Part shown: positions 57,335 to 58,964 of the stretch, in pieces | Numbering within the stretch: position 1 is the first letter of the stretch | Layout of the letters: each line of letters opens with the position of its first letter | NCBI GenBank assembly: GCA_046758505.1 | Contig: JBHIAH010000010.1 | Coordinates: 1 to 58,964, forward strand | Source: Candidatus Methylomirabilales bacterium | GTDB taxonomy: Bacteria > Methylomirabilota > Methylomirabilia > Methylomirabilales > CSP1-5 | DNA: 58,964 nt | Reading direction: 5' to 3' | The notes under the pieces: generated by a model | Databases searched by the model: none | Seen by the model: only the letters and a program-made list of their open reading frames with translations | Told to the model about the DNA's origin: nothing | Program-made: the position numbers and the translations under genes

Positions 57335-58684
57335 GTGGGGAAAATATTTGGGACCGACGGGGTGCGCGGTATCGCCAATGAAGAACCCATGACCCCCGAG
57401 ACCGTGGTCAAGCTCGGTCGGGCGGCGGCCTATCTCTTCAAGACGAGGGCAGGTCGGCACAAGATCGTCATTGGGAAAGATACCCGGCTTCACGGGTACA
57501 TGTTGGAGTGTGCCCTGACATCTGGAATCTGCTCGATGGGCGTGGATGTCTTGTTGATCGGTCCCCTGCCGACGCCGGGGATCGCCTTTATCACGCGGAG
57601 CTTGCGGGCGGATGCGGGGATTGTCATCTCCGCGTCCCACAATCCCTTTGAGGATAATGGAATCAAGTTCTTTTCCGGGGACGGGTTCAAGCTGCCGGAT
57701 GAGATGGAAGCCCGCATGGAGGTGCTCATCAGTAGCCGGGAGATCGAGCGACTCCGCCCGGTGGCTGCTGAAATCGGCAAGGCGTATCGGATCAACGATG
57801 CGACCGGCCGGTACATCGAGTTTGCCAAGGGAACGGTCCCGAAGGGGGTCTCCTTTCACGGGCTCAAGGTGGTGGTCGATTGTGCCCATGGGGCCACCTA
57901 CAAAGTGGCCCCCGCGATTCTCAGGGAGCTGGGGGCCGCGGTTATCCCTTTGAACATCCAGCCCACCGGCGTCAACATCAACAGTCGGTGCGGCTCTCTC
58001 TATCCAGAGGTTGTGCAGAAAGCGGTGCTGAAACACAAGGCCGACGTTGGCATCTCTCACGATGGCGACGGGGATCGGGCGATTCTGGTGGACGAGACGG
58101 GCGCGGTCTTCGATGGGGACCATACCTTGGCTGTCTGCGCCCTGGACCTCAAAAGCCGGGGACTCCTCCGGTCTGATACCGTGGTGGCGACGGTGATGAG
58201 CAACATCGGGCTCGAACTGTGCCTGAAAGAGGCGGGGATTAAGGTCGTGCGGGCCGCCGTTGGAGATCGCTACGTGTTGGAGGAAATGCTCCAGCACGGG
58301 TACAATTTAGGCGGCGAGCAGTCTGGGCACAGTGTCTTTCTCGATCACAATACAACGGGCGACGGGATTGTGACGGCTCTCCAGGTACTTTCCGTGATGG
58401 TGAAACGGCAGGAGCCTCTCTCTCAGCTTCGGCGGTGTATGACTGTGTGTCCCCAAGTCTTGGTCAATGTTCGCGTCGCAGAGAAGCGGGATCTGGAATC
58501 GGTCCCTGCCGTGCACACGACGATCACGGAGGCTGAGGCTCAGCTCGACGGGAGCGGGCGCGTTCTCGTGCGGTATTCCGGGACGGAGTCGGTCGCCAGG
58601 GTGATGGTGGAGGGGCGAGACGCAGAGCAGGTCGGGCGCCTGGCGAGATTGATCGCGGAGGCCATCGAAAAAGAATTAGGCTGA
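57335..58684 (+). CDS. glmM: Phosphoglucosamine mutase
   Basis: [33 protein letters not shown]. Confidence 0.96.
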   Translation: MGKIFGTDGVRGIANEEPMTPETVVKLGRAAAYLFKTRAGRHKIVIGKDTRLHGYMLECALTSGICSMGVDVLLIGPLPTPGIAFITRSLRADAGIVISASHNPFEDNGIKFFSGDGFKLPDEMEARMEVLISSREIERLRPVAAEIGKAYRINDATGRYIEFAKGTVPKGVSFHGLKVVVDCAHGATYKVAPAILRELGAAVIPLNIQPTGVNINSRCGSLYPEVVQKAVLKHKADVGISHDGDGDRAILVDETGAVFDGDHTLAVCALDLKSRGLLRSDTVVATVMSNIGLELCLKEAGIKVVRAAVGDRYVLEEMLQHGYNLGGEQSGHSVFLDHNTTGDGIVTALQVLSVMVKRQEPLSQLRRCMTVCPQVLVNVRVAEKRDLESVPAVHTTITEAEAQLDGSGRVLVRYSGTESVARVMVEGRDAEQVGRLARLIAEAIEKELG

Positions 58685-58798
58685 GACTCGGGAAAGCCTT
58701 TCGCGTCGCCGACGGCATATTCTGGGGGTGCGTATTGCGGCGATTTTTCGTTACGCGTGAACGGGCCATCGGTATGCAGTTGTGGACGTCACCCCATA

Positions 58799-58940
58799 GG
58801 GGGCCCCGGCTTGACGCAAGTCAGATGCCGTCGGCTTCCGGGAACAGGCTTCCCCTCGCCTCGCGGGGGCAGGGGCGGCAAAAAGCAGAAGGTGAGACGG
58901 GGGGGCTGAGGGGCCCCGGCTTGACGCAAACCAGATTCCG
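58799..58940 (+). repeat. Two ~32-bp imperfect direct repeats
   Basis: GGGGGCCCCGGCTTGACGCAA-N-YCAGAT-N-CCG at 58799-58830 and 58909-58940. Confidence 0.7.
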
Positions 58941-58964
58941 CCTTCCTCGCGGGAAGAGGGCTCC

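Noticed and set aside
1..58964. Genome-wide TGA reassignment (Trp or Gly) as the explanation for the in-frame TGAs
   Set aside because: dnaA, ftsH, glmM and many others end at TGA at the expected length, Trp is encoded by TGG, and the internal TGAs fall at Cys positions
1..58964. selA/selB/selC/selD, tRNA, rRNA, CRISPR array, integrase or transposase
   Set aside because: No recognisable motifs in the window; the Sec machinery would have to be encoded elsewhere

Overview
GC-rich bacterial chromosome segment. The Rieske/TlpA/YHS/SPW gene content and heptamer spacers are reminiscent of Methylomirabilota/Rokubacteria-like organisms; this is an inference only. Positions ~600-46400 form a ~46 kb, entirely minus-strand heavy-metal/periplasmic-redox gene cluster: two P1B ATPases, a CzcCBA/CusCBA-type RND pump, two MerR regulators plus a relic, MarR, HMA, YHS, DUF2933 and DUF5676 small proteins, three orphan Rieske proteins, three TlpA, CcdA, DsbA, Lgt, a rhodanese and two GGR-like oxidoreductases. 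It abuts an ArsM-like methyltransferase, a dnaA with no adjacent dnaN, a sigma54 two-component set and the tilS-ftsH-folP-glmM core run. The main finding is missed by the ORF track: five genes between 34830 and 47242 are split by in-frame TGA codons (8 in total) that fall at positions where Cys is expected and are followed by SECIS-like hairpins. They are two secreted HMA chaperones with UxxU, a MerT-like protein with tandem UU, a TolB-like propeller lipoprotein with one U and an ArsM-like methyltransferase with one U. The two UxxU chaperones each sit in a paralogous cassette (outer-membrane barrel, seleno-chaperone, permease) downstream of MerR-type promoters, which suggests a selenocysteine-based metal trafficking system.
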